64,000 bases of DNA from Vicinamibacteria bacterium (GTDB lineage Bacteria; Acidobacteriota; Vicinamibacteria; Marinacidobacterales; Marinacidobacteraceae), in the NCBI GenBank assembly GCA_965199715.1, contig OZ241322.1, forward strand, positions 384,001 to 448,000, read 5' to 3'. A program made the position numbers and the translations under genes. Under the pieces are notes generated by a model that worked only from the letters and a program-made list of their open reading frames with translations, ran no database searches and was not told where the DNA came from. Shown piece after piece: positions 54,985 to 64,000 of this stretch (within the stretch, counting starts at the first letter, position 1; each line of letters begins with the position of its first letter).

Positions 54985-56664
54985 TCAGCGGCGGTGGAAC
55001 CGCCTCTCGATGAGCGGCAGGTCCAGGCGGACCACGGTCGGGCGCCCGTGGGGACAGGTCCCCGGATTCGCCGTCTTCCACAGCCGCTCCAGCAGGTAGC
55101 GGCTGCGCGCCGGATCCAGCTCCACGCCCGCGGTGACGGCCGCGTGGCAGGCGACGCGGGCCATCATCCGGGCGGTCGCGTCGTGCGTCGCGGCGGCCGC
55201 GCACTCCCGCTCCTCGCCGCCGAGCGAACGCAGCAGCGCGTCCAGTCCGCGGGAGAGGCCGAGCGCTTCGGGAACCGAGCGCAGGAACCAGCCGTCCCCG
55301 ACCTCCTCCACGTCGAAACCCGCTTGGGCGAGCCGCGCCCGCTCCTGCGCGAGCGCCGCCCGCTCGCCCGCCGAGAGTTCGAGCGGCGTCGGCTGCAGCA
55401 GCGGAACGCGGCCCCCGTCCCCCGCCCCGTCCATGAGCTGGTTGAAGAGCGCCCGTTCCTCCGCCGCGTGCTGGTCGATCAGCAGCAGCTCGTCCCCCTC
55501 CTCCGCCACGAGATACGACCGGTGGAACTGGCCGAGGAAGCGCGGCGGCGTCTCGCCGAAGTCGAGAAACGCGGGGGCCTGGTCCCGGTAGAGCAGCTCG
55601 GCGGCGGCGCCCGTGTCCCGCACGAATTCCGGCTGGACCCCGGTCGCTGCGCCCGCGCGCCCGAGCGAGACCTGGCGCGGGGAGCCCTCGAGCGCCGAGA
55701 GCACCGCGCGGAACACCGCCCGGAACGCGGCCCCGGCGTCGCGGAAGCGTACTTCGGCCTTCGCCGGATGCACGTTCACGTCCACCGCCTCGGGCGGCAG
55801 GTCGAGGAACACGTGCGCCCTGGGCGCTCCGGCGCGGCTGGAGATGCGGCGGTAGGCGTCGAGCGTCGCCCGGTGGAGGCCCCGGTCCTGGACCGCCCGA
55901 CCGTTCACGAAGAGCCTGAGCCGGGATGCGGTCCCCCGCAGCGCCGACGGCGGCGTGAGGAACGCCCGCACCCGATGGTCGCCGGCGTGGGCGTCGATGG
56001 AGATCGCCTCCTTCGCCCAGCGCGGCGCCAACTGGCGGACGCGGGCGGCGAGGTCCGCGGCCGGTTCGGCCTCGAGCAGCGCCCGGTCGCGCTCCCGGAG
56101 CCGGAACGCCACCTCCGGCCAGCCGAGCGCGAGGTTCTCGAACGCCGCGATCAGCCGCGCCCTCTCGGTTCGGTCCGCTTTCAGGAACTTGAACCGGGCC
56201 GGCGTGTTGAAGAACAGGTCGCGGACGACGACCTCGGTCCCTCGCGCCATGCCCACCGACCGGAACTCGGGCTCGCTCCCGCCCTCGACCCGGTACTCGG
56301 ATCCCAGGTCCGCGTCGGGCTCCCGCGTGCGCAGTCGAAACCGGGACACCGACGCGATCGCCGGGAGCGCCTCCCCCCGAAAGCCGAGCGAGCCGATCCG
56401 GTCCAGATCGGACAGCGCGCGGATCTTGCTCGTGGCGTGGCGCTCCAGCGCCGTGCGGGCGTCGTCGGCGTGCATCCCGATTCCGTCGTCCACGACGCGG
56501 ATCTCGGCCTTTCCGGCGCTCTCGAAGCTCACCCGCACCGACTGCGCCCCGGCGTCGATGGAGTTCTCCACCAGTTCCCGCACGACCGCCGCGGGCCGCT
56601 CCACGACTTCGCCGGCGGCGATCTGGTCGGCGACCTGCGCGGCCAGCCGATGCACCCGCCTCAC
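54985..56664 (-). CDS. mutL: DNA mismatch repair endonuclease MutL
   Basis: IAAGEVVERP, GFRGEAL, DVNVHPAK, DQHAAEER, ACH, CPHGRP. Confidence 0.96.
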   Translation of the reverse strand: MRRVHRLAAQVADQIAAGEVVERPAAVVRELVENSIDAGAQSVRVSFESAGKAEIRVVDDGIGMHADDARTALERHATSKIRALSDLDRIGSLGFRGEALPAIASVSRFRLRTREPDADLGSEYRVEGGSEPEFRSVGMARGTEVVVRDLFFNTPARFKFLKADRTERARLIAAFENLALGWPEVAFRLRERDRALLEAEPAADLAARVRQLAPRWAKEAISIDAHAGDHRVRAFLTPPSALRGTASRLRLFVNGRAVQDRGLHRATLDAYRRISSRAGAPRAHVFLDLPPEAVDVNVHPAKAEVRFRDAGAAFRAVFRAVLSALEGSPRQVSLGRAGAATGVQPEFVRDTGAAAELLYRDQAPAFLDFGETPPRFLGQFHRSYLVAEEGDELLLIDQHAAEERALFNQLMDGAGDGGRVPLLQPTPLELSAGERAALAQERARLAQAGFDVEEVGDGWFLRSVPEALGLSRGLDALLRSLGGEERECAAAATHDATARMMARVACHAAVTAGVELDPARSRYLLERLWKTANPGTCPHGRPTVVRLDLPLIERRFHRR

Positions 56665-56665
56665 G

Positions 56666-58780
56666 TCAGTCGCGGCGGCGCTCCAGGGCCCCGAGGTCGC
56701 CGACCGCGGACAGGTCCGCGTGGAGCGCGGCGAGCAGCCGGAGCCGGTTCGCGCGGACCATCGGGTTCTCGTCCATCACCAGAACCTCGTCGAAGAAGCG
56801 ATCCACCGGGCCGCGCAGCGCGGCGAGCTCCCGGAGGCCGTCGGCGTACCGCCCTTCGTCGAACTTCCGCGAGACCTTCGCGCGCGCCTCTCCGAGCGTC
56901 GCGAGCAGCGCGCGCTCAGCCGGCTGGACGAGGAGCGCCGCGTCCGGCGCCGCCGCGCCCGTGCGCATCGAATCGGGCAGGATGCGCCGGACCCGGTTCG
57001 CGGCGGCGGCGAGCGCGCTGAAGTCGTCGGTTCCCCGAACCTCGACCAGCGCGGCGACCCGGCGGCGCAGGTCGTCCACCCTCCGGTCGGCGGCGTGTTC
57101 CCCGAGCACGGCGCGCACCGCGTCGGCGGGGTGCTCGCGCTCGAGCGCCCGACGCAGCCGCTCCTCGAAAAAGGCGTCGAGTGCGGGGTCGGGGCCGGCG
57201 TCGGGGTACCCGGCGCGGGCCTCGGCCAGAACTTCGGCGGGAGTCCGCCAGCGCCCGCCCCAGCGGCCCGGAGCGTCTCCCAGAATCCGGATGATCGAGA
57301 ACGCCGCCCGCCGCAGCCCGAACGGATCCCCGGCTCCCGACGCCGACTCGCCGCCGAAGGTGAGCCCGACGAGCGTGTCGGCGGCGTCGGCGAGCGCGAC
57401 GACCGCGCCCGTCGCGGTCTCCGGCAGGGATCCCTCGAGCCCGCCGGGCCGGTAGTGGTCGCGAACTGCGGTCCAGATCGTCTCCGAAGCGCCCTCCTCC
57501 CTGAGCAGCAGGCCGCCCGCGACCCCCTGAAGCGACGCGAACTCGCCCACCAGCAGCGTGGTCAGGTCGCACTTGGCGAGCCGGGCGGCCTCGGCGGCGG
57601 CCTCGGGCTCCGCCGGGGTTCCCCGGGCGAGCCGTCCCGCGAGCGCCGCGATCCGCTCGGCCTTGTCGCGAAAGCTCCCGAGGCGCCGGTGGAACACCAC
57701 GTTCGCGAGGTCCTCGGCCCGGTCCCGGAGCGGAGTCCGCCGGTCCTCGTCCCAGAAGAACGCGGCGTCGCGCAGCCGGGCCAGCGTGACCCGCTCGCTG
57801 CCGCGCCGGATCCGCCCCTCGGCGTCGTCGGGCATGTTCGTGACCGCGAGAAAGGCCGGCGCGCCGTCGAGCGGCAGGTATCTCTGGTGTTCCACGAGGA
57901 CCGTGCGGCGGATCGCTTCGGGAAGATCGAGAAAGTCTTCGGGGTAGGAACCGTGAACCACGCCCGGCCACTCCACGAGCCCCGCCAGCCGCGCCAGCGG
58001 GATCGCGTCCGTCCGGGGCGCGCCGAGGGCGGCCTCCGCCCGCTCGATCTCCGCGGCGAGGCGCCGGACGCGCTCGTCGGAATCGAGAAGCACGAACCGC
58101 TCGCGGAGCCCGTCCCGCAGCTCGGCGAACGAGCCCACCTGGAAGGGCGCTCCCGGCTCCCCGACCCGGGAGCGGAACCGATGTCCCCGACTGCGTTCGC
58201 CGGCGACGACCGGCGCCCGGCCCGCCAACTCGATCCGCAGCGGGACGACTTCACCGCCAAACAGCGCCACGATCCACCGGATCGGGCGCCCGAAGGGAAA
58301 CGGCTCGCCGTCCAGCTCGGCGTCCCACTGCATCGGCTTCGGGAAGCGGAGCCGCCGCAGCGCCCGGCCGAGGACGCCGGGAAGCGCGTCGAGCGCCGGG
58401 CGTCCGGGCTCGGTGCGCTCGAGAACGACGTAGGAACCGCGCGGCCCGCTGCGGATCCGGAGCCGGTCGTCCATCTCCTCCGCCGCGACGCCCTGCTTCC
58501 GGGCGAATCCGATCGCCGCGGGGGTCCACCCCGCCTCGTTGCGGCCGATGCGCGCCGGCGGCCCGGCGACGACCTCGACCCGGTCCTCCTGCCGGTCCGC
58601 CGCCTGCGCGACCGCGACGAGCCGCCTCGGAGTGGCGAAGCCGCGCGCCGCCGAGACCGGAAGCCGCGCCGCGGCCAGTTCGGCGGCGAGCGCATCGGGC
58701 CAGGCGCGGGCGAGCGGGCCGAGCCACTCGGCCGGCGCCTCCTCGCACCCGATCTCGACGAGAAGCTCGCGATCGGCCAT
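56666..58780 (-). CDS. glyS: Glycine-tRNA ligase beta subunit
   Basis: LLVEIGCEE, TPRRL, RPIRW, LVEWP, LARLRDAAFFW, GEFASLQG, DPFGLRR, NRLRLL. Confidence 0.95.
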   Translation of the reverse strand: MADRELLVEIGCEEAPAEWLGPLARAWPDALAAELAAARLPVSAARGFATPRRLVAVAQAADRQEDRVEVVAGPPARIGRNEAGWTPAAIGFARKQGVAAEEMDDRLRIRSGPRGSYVVLERTEPGRPALDALPGVLGRALRRLRFPKPMQWDAELDGEPFPFGRPIRWIVALFGGEVVPLRIELAGRAPVVAGERSRGHRFRSRVGEPGAPFQVGSFAELRDGLRERFVLLDSDERVRRLAAEIERAEAALGAPRTDAIPLARLAGLVEWPGVVHGSYPEDFLDLPEAIRRTVLVEHQRYLPLDGAPAFLAVTNMPDDAEGRIRRGSERVTLARLRDAAFFWDEDRRTPLRDRAEDLANVVFHRRLGSFRDKAERIAALAGRLARGTPAEPEAAAEAARLAKCDLTTLLVGEFASLQGVAGGLLLREEGASETIWTAVRDHYRPGGLEGSLPETATGAVVALADAADTLVGLTFGGESASGAGDPFGLRRAAFSIIRILGDAPGRWGGRWRTPAEVLAEARAGYPDAGPDPALDAFFEERLRRALEREHPADAVRAVLGEHAADRRVDDLRRRVAALVEVRGTDDFSALAAAANRVRRILPDSMRTGAAAPDAALLVQPAERALLATLGEARAKVSRKFDEGRYADGLRELAALRGPVDRFFDEVLVMDENPMVRANRLRLLAALHADLSAVGDLGALERRRD

Positions 58781-59616
58781 CAGGTCTCCAGCCAGCGGGC
58801 CGCCGCCCGGGTGGCGAGGCGACGGACCGCGAGGATGCGCCCAGGCCGGTCGCTCGCCGAGACCGCTCCCCGGGCGTCGAGGAGGTTGAACAGGTGCGAC
58901 GCCCGGAGGCACTCCTCGTAGCCCGGAAGCACGAGCCCCTCCTCGATCAAGCGCCCCCCCTCGGCGACCGCCGCCTCGAAGGCGCGCTCGAGCCGGGGGA
59001 CGGACGCATGGTGAAACGCATAGCGGGAGGACTCCACCTCGTCCCGCAGGCGCACGTCCCGGTAGCGCGTTCCCGGCGCCCATTCGAGGTCGTACACGTC
59101 GTCCACGTTCTGGAGGCACATCGCCAGCCGCTCGAGGCCGTAGGTGATCTCCGCCGGGATCGGGGACAGGTCGAGGCCGCCCGACTGCTGGAAGTAGGTG
59201 AACTGGGTGACCTCGAGGCCGTCCACGAGCACCTGCCAGCCGACGCCCCACGCGCCCAGCGTCGGAGCCGCCCAGTTGTCCTCCTCGAACCGCACGTCGT
59301 GCGCCGAGGCGTCCACCCCCACCGCGGCGAGGCTCCCGAGGTAGAGATCCTGGACGTCCACCGGCGCCGGCTTGAGGATTACCTGAAGCTGGTGATGCTT
59401 GTAGAGGCGGTTCGGGTTCTCGCCGTAGCGTCCGTCCGCCGGGCGGCGCGAGGGCTGGACGTAGGCGACGTTCCAGGGATCCGGCCCCAGGACGCGAAAG
59501 AACGTCTCGGGGTGCATGGTCCCGGCGCCGAGCTCCTGGTCCCACGGCTGCGCCACGATCGCGCCCCGCTCGGCCCAGAAGCCGGTCAGCCGGGCGATCA
59601 GGTCCTGGAAGCTCAT
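58780..59616 (-). CDS. glyQ: Glycine-tRNA ligase alpha subunit
   Basis: [36 protein letters not shown]. Confidence 0.97.
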   Translation of the reverse strand: MSFQDLIARLTGFWAERGAIVAQPWDQELGAGTMHPETFFRVLGPDPWNVAYVQPSRRPADGRYGENPNRLYKHHQLQVILKPAPVDVQDLYLGSLAAVGVDASAHDVRFEEDNWAAPTLGAWGVGWQVLVDGLEVTQFTYFQQSGGLDLSPIPAEITYGLERLAMCLQNVDDVYDLEWAPGTRYRDVRLRDEVESSRYAFHHASVPRLERAFEAAVAEGGRLIEEGLVLPGYEECLRASHLFNLLDARGAVSASDRPGRILAVRRLATRAAARWLET

Positions 59617-60362
59617 CAGGCGGCGCCGAGGACCGAGGCGAGCGCGTCGCGGGTCGGCAGCCGGCGCTCCACGACCGCGTCGGTCAGGAGCCCGTGGAAC
59701 GCGAAAAGCTCCAGCGCGTCGCGGCGCTTCGGCGCGACGCCCGACGGAGGCGCGCGCCAGATCTCGTCGAGGAGCGCGAGCGCCGGCCCGGCGAGGCTCG
59801 CGCTCGGCTCCGACGGGCCCCCGGGGCACTCGGGACAGCGCCACGAAGGCCCCCCGGCGTAGAAGCGGGCTCCCGACTCCGCGAACGCCGCGCCGCAGCC
59901 GCACCGCGCCGGCCTCGGATAGAACCCGGACAGCCGCAGCGCCCACGCCTCGAAGTACGCGGCGACCGCTTCCGGCGGGCTTCCGCCCAGCAGCGCGTCG
60001 CGGCACGCCGCCATCAGGCGGTAGAGCTGGGGGCTCGCGACTCCCTCGGAAGCAAAGAGGTCGGCGAGGTCGGCGAAGAACGTCAGCGCCGCGCCCCGCA
60101 CCGGATCGCGCACGAGCGGCAGCGCCGACTCCACGAGGTCCGCCCGGTCCACGTTCACCAGTTCGCGTCCCTCCCGCTCGAACCACCCCACGTCCAGCTC
60201 GTTGCCGACCTCGAGCGCTCCGAGGCGCGAGCGCGGCTTGCGCGCCCCGCGCGCCCAGGCCCGCACCTTCCCCTGCTCGCCGCTGAAGAGCACGACCACG
60301 CGGTCCGACTCCTTGACTGGCCAGGTCCGGAGCACGAAGCACCGGGACTCCCTGAGGGGCAC
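59616..60362 (-). CDS. recO: DNA repair protein RecO
   Basis: [17 protein letters not shown]-terminal CxC...CxxC zinc site; located next to era and glyQ. Confidence 0.88.
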   Translation of the reverse strand: MPLRESRCFVLRTWPVKESDRVVVLFSGEQGKVRAWARGARKPRSRLGALEVGNELDVGWFEREGRELVNVDRADLVESALPLVRDPVRGAALTFFADLADLFASEGVASPQLYRLMAACRDALLGGSPPEAVAAYFEAWALRLSGFYPRPARCGCGAAFAESGARFYAGGPSWRCPECPGGPSEPSASLAGPALALLDEIWRAPPSGVAPKRRDALELFAFHGLLTDAVVERRLPTRDALASVLGAA

Positions 60363-60367
60363 GAAGG

Positions 60368-61726
60368 TCAGATGTACTGCAGCGCGGCGCTGCCGAGGCC
60401 GAGGAACAGCATGAGTCCGGCCACGTCGGTCGCGGTGGTGACGAACACCGAAGACGCGAGCGCCGGATCCACCTTGAGCCACCGCAGGGTCAGCGGCATC
60501 AGCGTGCCGAAGAGCGCCGCGACCAGCATCGTTCCCCAAAGCGCGACCCCGAGCGCCGCGCCGACGCGCCAGTCTCCCTTCCACGCAAGCGCGAGAAGCG
60601 CCACCACGCCCCCGATCAGGACTCCGTTCACGGCCCCCACCGCGAGCTCCTTCAGCAGCGCCGGCCGGCTGTTCTTCCAGTTCAGCTCCCCGAGCGCGAT
60701 GCCCCGGACCATCACCGTGAGCGTCTGGTTGCCGGCGTTGCCGCCGAGCAGCGGGGCCAGCGGCATGAAGACGGCGAGCACCGCGAACTGCGCGATGGAC
60801 GCCTCGAACAGGTTCACGACCGCCGCGGCCAGCAGCGCGGTCACGACGTTCACCCCGAGCCAGGGGATCCGCAACTGCACCGAACGGGTGGGCTTCGTGA
60901 ACACGGTCTCCGCGAGGCCGACCCCGGCGAGCCGGTACATGTCCTCGGTGGCCTCCTCCTTGATGACGTCGATCACGTCATCGACCGTGATGACCCCGAC
61001 CAGCTTTCCTTGGTGGTTCACGACCGGCGTGGCCAGGATGTTGTAGCTGGCGACGAGCTGGGCGACCTCCTCCTGGTCCATGTCGGTCCGCACCCGCAGC
61101 ACGTCGGTGACCATGGACTCGGACAGCAGCGCCTCGGGGCGCCGCTGCAGCAGATGGCGCAAGGACATGACCCCCACGAGCGTGCCGTGCTGGTCCACCA
61201 CGTAGATGTAGAAGACCATCTCCACGTCCTGCGAGTCCTGCAGCCGCTGGATGGCCTCGCCGATCGCCGTGTCCTCGCCCAGCGAGAACACCTTGGGGTT
61301 CATGATGCGGCCGGCGGTCCGCTCGGGGTACTGGAGCAGGTCCTCCACGTCGGAGGCCTGCTCGCCCCGCATCCCGGCGATGACCTCGTCGCGCAGCGCC
61401 TCCGGCAACTCGCTCAGGAGCGAGGCCGCGTCGTCGGGGTCCATCTCCTGGAAGAGACCGGAGACCTCGCGGGGATCCAGTTGGCCGACGAGCAGCGCCG
61501 CCTGCTCGAGCCCGAGCTCCCCGATCGCCTGCGCGGCGAAGCCGGAGTCGTCCGCCAGCGTGATGCGGAACGTCTTCAGCCGATAGGGCTCGGGCAGGTC
61601 GTTCAGCACCTGGGCCACATCCGCCGGATGCAGCTTCCCGAGAATGCGCTGGGCGTTAACGTCCGCGCCCCGGCTGACCAGCTTGCGCACGGTCTCCGCG
61701 AGCAGCGGAGTCTTCGTAAGCGCCAT
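60368..61726 (-). CDS. mgtE: Magnesium transporter MgtE
   Basis: LHPAD, TAGRIM, CBS pair, GGNAGNQ, DPALAS, TTATD. Confidence 0.95.
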   Translation of the reverse strand: MALTKTPLLAETVRKLVSRGADVNAQRILGKLHPADVAQVLNDLPEPYRLKTFRITLADDSGFAAQAIGELGLEQAALLVGQLDPREVSGLFQEMDPDDAASLLSELPEALRDEVIAGMRGEQASDVEDLLQYPERTAGRIMNPKVFSLGEDTAIGEAIQRLQDSQDVEMVFYIYVVDQHGTLVGVMSLRHLLQRRPEALLSESMVTDVLRVRTDMDQEEVAQLVASYNILATPVVNHQGKLVGVITVDDVIDVIKEEATEDMYRLAGVGLAETVFTKPTRSVQLRIPWLGVNVVTALLAAAVVNLFEASIAQFAVLAVFMPLAPLLGGNAGNQTLTVMVRGIALGELNWKNSRPALLKELAVGAVNGVLIGGVVALLALAWKGDWRVGAALGVALWGTMLVAALFGTLMPLTLRWLKVDPALASSVFVTTATDVAGLMLFLGLGSAALQYI

Positions 61727-61853
61727 GATGATCCTGGGGTTGGCGCATCCCGGCGCGGGTCCGGCGAGACCTCCCGGAACCGGATTCCGGAGGCTGGTCG
61801 GATCGCTCGGCGGGGCGCATCTAGGGCCGCATCGTACCACGCGGCCCCGCGCC

Positions 61854-62753
61854 TCAGAGGCCGAGATCGCGCAGGATTCCGGCGTTGTCGCGCCAGCCGG
61901 CACGCACCCGCACCTGGAGCTGAAGGTGCGCCTTGCGACCGGCGCGCCGCTCGATGCGGGCGCGGGATTCGCTGCCGATGCGCTTCAGCATGGAGCCGCC
62001 GCGCCCGATCACGATGCCCCTGTGGGAGTCGCGGTCCACAAGCAGCGAGGCCTCGATGCGCAGCGGGGTCCCGGCCGCGTCGTAGAGCTCGATCCGGACC
62101 GCGGCCGCGTGGGGCACCTCCTGGTGGAGGTGGAAGAGCATGCGCTCGCGGACGATCTCCCCGGCGAAGAACGCCTCGGGCAGATCGGTGATCTGGTCCT
62201 CGGGAAAGAGCGGCGGGGACAGCGGAAGCAGCGACTGGAGGAGCGAGACCAGCCCGCCGGGCGCCTCGACGTTCTCGCCGGTCCGGGCGGAGAACGGAAC
62301 GACCGCGCCGAGATCGAGCGAACGAAAGAATTCTTCCCGCTCCCGCGAGCGGCCGGCCGGCGTCGCGTCGATCTTGTTGATCCCGATCACGCGGGGCCCG
62401 GAATACCGCTGTAGATGACGGGCGAGGACCCTTTCCCCGTCGGGATCGGGCGCCGCCGCGTCCACGACGGCGAGCGCCACGTCGGCGCCGCCGAGCGTAT
62501 CGACCGCCTCGCGCATCATCGCCTCGCCGAGCCGGTGGCGGGGACGATGGATCCCCGGCGTGTCCTGGAGGATCAGCTCGAGGCCCGGACGGCGCGCCAC
62601 GCCGAGGATGCGCCTGCGGGTCGTTTGCGCCTTCTTCGTGACGATCGCGAGGGGCGCCCCGGTGAGGCGGTTGAGCAACGTGGACTTGCCCGCGTTCGGC
62701 GGGCCGAGGAGCGCGACCAAGCCGGCCCGATGCGCCGCGCCTTCCCGCGTCAT
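61854..62753 (-). CDS. era: GTPase Era
   Basis: GPPNAGKS, QTTR, DTPG, NKID, EVPH, IGRGG. Confidence 0.96.
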   Translation of the reverse strand: MTREGAAHRAGLVALLGPPNAGKSTLLNRLTGAPLAIVTKKAQTTRRRILGVARRPGLELILQDTPGIHRPRHRLGEAMMREAVDTLGGADVALAVVDAAAPDPDGERVLARHLQRYSGPRVIGINKIDATPAGRSREREEFFRSLDLGAVVPFSARTGENVEAPGGLVSLLQSLLPLSPPLFPEDQITDLPEAFFAGEIVRERMLFHLHQEVPHAAAVRIELYDAAGTPLRIEASLLVDRDSHRGIVIGRGGSMLKRIGSESRARIERRAGRKAHLQLQVRVRAGWRDNAGILRDLGL

Positions 62754-63983
62754 TCAGGCGGCGGGCGAGCGCCGGGTCACGCGCACGAGCTCCACGCTGC
62801 GCTCGTTCGCCGCGAGCACCTCGATCCGCAGCCCCCCGTGCTCCGCGACCTCGTCGGGCCTCGGAATGCGCCCGAACGCGGCCACCACGAAGCCTCCCAC
62901 GGTGTCGAGCGGCGCTCCCCGGAGCGAATCCGGGATGTCGAGCTGCGATTCGCGGTTCACCGCGTCCAGTTGGGCGGCGCCCCGCGCGCGGACCCGGCAT
63001 TCTCCCTCCACGACGAAATCGGCGCCGGGCGCGCCCTCGTCGTCCCGCACTTCGCCCACGACCTCCTCGGAAATGTCCCGCAGCGTCACGATTCCGGAGA
63101 CCGAGCCGTGCTCGTCCACGACCGCCGCGAACGTCTGCTTGTCCTTCTGGAAGTCGCGAAGCAGCTCGTCCGCCGGCTGGGTCTCGGGCGCCGTCCTAAC
63201 CGGTTGGACGTACGCCCCGAGCTCCTCGTCGGCGCCCGGGGACAGGAGGTCCACGACGTTCACGATTCCGACCGGACGATCGCTCTCGTCGAAGACCGGC
63301 AGGCGGTGGTGGCGGCCTTCCGCGACGAGCCGCCGGGCCTCCCCGACGGTGGCGCGGCAGCCGAGCGAGACCACCCTCGGGCGCGGGGTCATGACCTCCC
63401 GGACGACGGTGTCGCCGAGTTCGAGCACGCCCCGCACCATGTCGGTCTCGTCGTCCTCCAGAATCCCCTCCTCCGCGCCGGTGCGGAGGAAGGCCTCGAC
63501 CTCCGCCTCGGTGGCGTCGTCGTCTGGCTCGCCCGGGACCGGGAAGGAGCGGCGCAGCGCCCGCCGCAGCGGAACCGCGACCGGCGCGGCGAGGCGCTCC
63601 CAGCGACGGAACCATGGGAGCACGCGCTTGAGCACGCGTTCCGGATCCTGCAGCAGGACCGTCGCGGGGAGCAGCTCCCGCAGCGCGATCCACGCCAGCC
63701 CGAACGCGCCGGGCGCGGCGGCCGCGAGAAACGGTCCGGAGGCGCGCTCCGCCACGAGCCACGAGGCGACCGCGACCGCGGCGAGGCCGAGCCGGGAGGG
63801 CACGAGCACGACCAGCGGATCGCTGAGGCTCTCCCGCAGCGAGTCCGATTCGTCGGTGTGCTCGGCGAGCACCCGCACGGCGACCTCGCTCGACGAGAAG
63901 AAGGCGATCTCGAACAGCGCGAGCACCACGACGAGCGCCGCCCCGAGGACGAGGCTGGCTGCGGCGAGCGCCGTCCAGGTCAT
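62754..63983 (-). CDS. Hemolysin-family CNNM/CBS/CorC transporter-associated protein
   Basis: EIAF, ELLP, VREVMTPR, VVDEHG, EEVVGEV, TVGG. Confidence 0.9.
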   Translation of the reverse strand: MTWTALAAASLVLGAALVVVLALFEIAFFSSSEVAVRVLAEHTDESDSLRESLSDPLVVLVPSRLGLAAVAVASWLVAERASGPFLAAAAPGAFGLAWIALRELLPATVLLQDPERVLKRVLPWFRRWERLAAPVAVPLRRALRRSFPVPGEPDDDATEAEVEAFLRTGAEEGILEDDETDMVRGVLELGDTVVREVMTPRPRVVSLGCRATVGEARRLVAEGRHHRLPVFDESDRPVGIVNVVDLLSPGADEELGAYVQPVRTAPETQPADELLRDFQKDKQTFAAVVDEHGSVSGIVTLRDISEEVVGEVRDDEGAPGADFVVEGECRVRARGAAQLDAVNRESQLDIPDSLRGAPLDTVGGFVVAAFGRIPRPDEVAEHGGLRIEVLAANERSVELVRVTRRSPAA

Positions 63984-64000
63984 CCGGCGAGCCCGTGGCG
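63980..64000 (-). CDS. C-terminal end of an upstream gene (possibly ybeY, by synteny only)
   Basis: ...RHGLAG* with ATGA overlap onto the CNNM gene start. Confidence 0.3.
   Translation of the reverse strand, partial: RHGLAG

Noticed and set aside
61727-61853. M-box (ykoK) riboswitch upstream of mgtE
   Set aside because: The region is too short and I see no recognisable M-box core.

Overview
Very GC-rich bacterial chromosome segment, most likely Acidobacteriota. This is inferred from the rplM-rpsI-rpsB-tsf-pyrH-frr gene order, the Acidobacteria-type vWA protein and the VPS10 and CPMH proteins. It is mostly housekeeping and envelope genes: a TPR/C13-like/vWA-GATase/DUF4159 operon, a diheme cytochrome c peroxidase, pilMNOPQ, a translation operon, a MoxR-DUF58-Bat operon, ppk1, nfi/atl, secreted hydrolases, an NCS2 permease, udgB, bshA, and a CNNM-era-mgtE-recO-glyQS-mutL run. 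Two small islets (about 5.9-8.1 kb and 16.2-17.6 kb) hold decayed defence-type helicase/ATPase/nuclease genes, one interrupted by an IS3-like left end. I saw no rRNA, tRNA or CRISPR array and cannot claim a complete new system. The best leads are regulatory: a two-state, SD-sequestering leader before a CBS-domain gene; an attenuator-like rplM leader; an 18-bp bidirectional leaderless promoter shared by ATL and endonuclease V; stop codons reused as -10 boxes; and a DnaA box between pilM and rplM. Unusual proteins include an NCS2 permease with a kinase-like C-terminal domain and a mini-amidohydrolase lacking its metal ligands. All family calls come from motif recognition by eye, not database searches, and many start codons were re-picked by hand.
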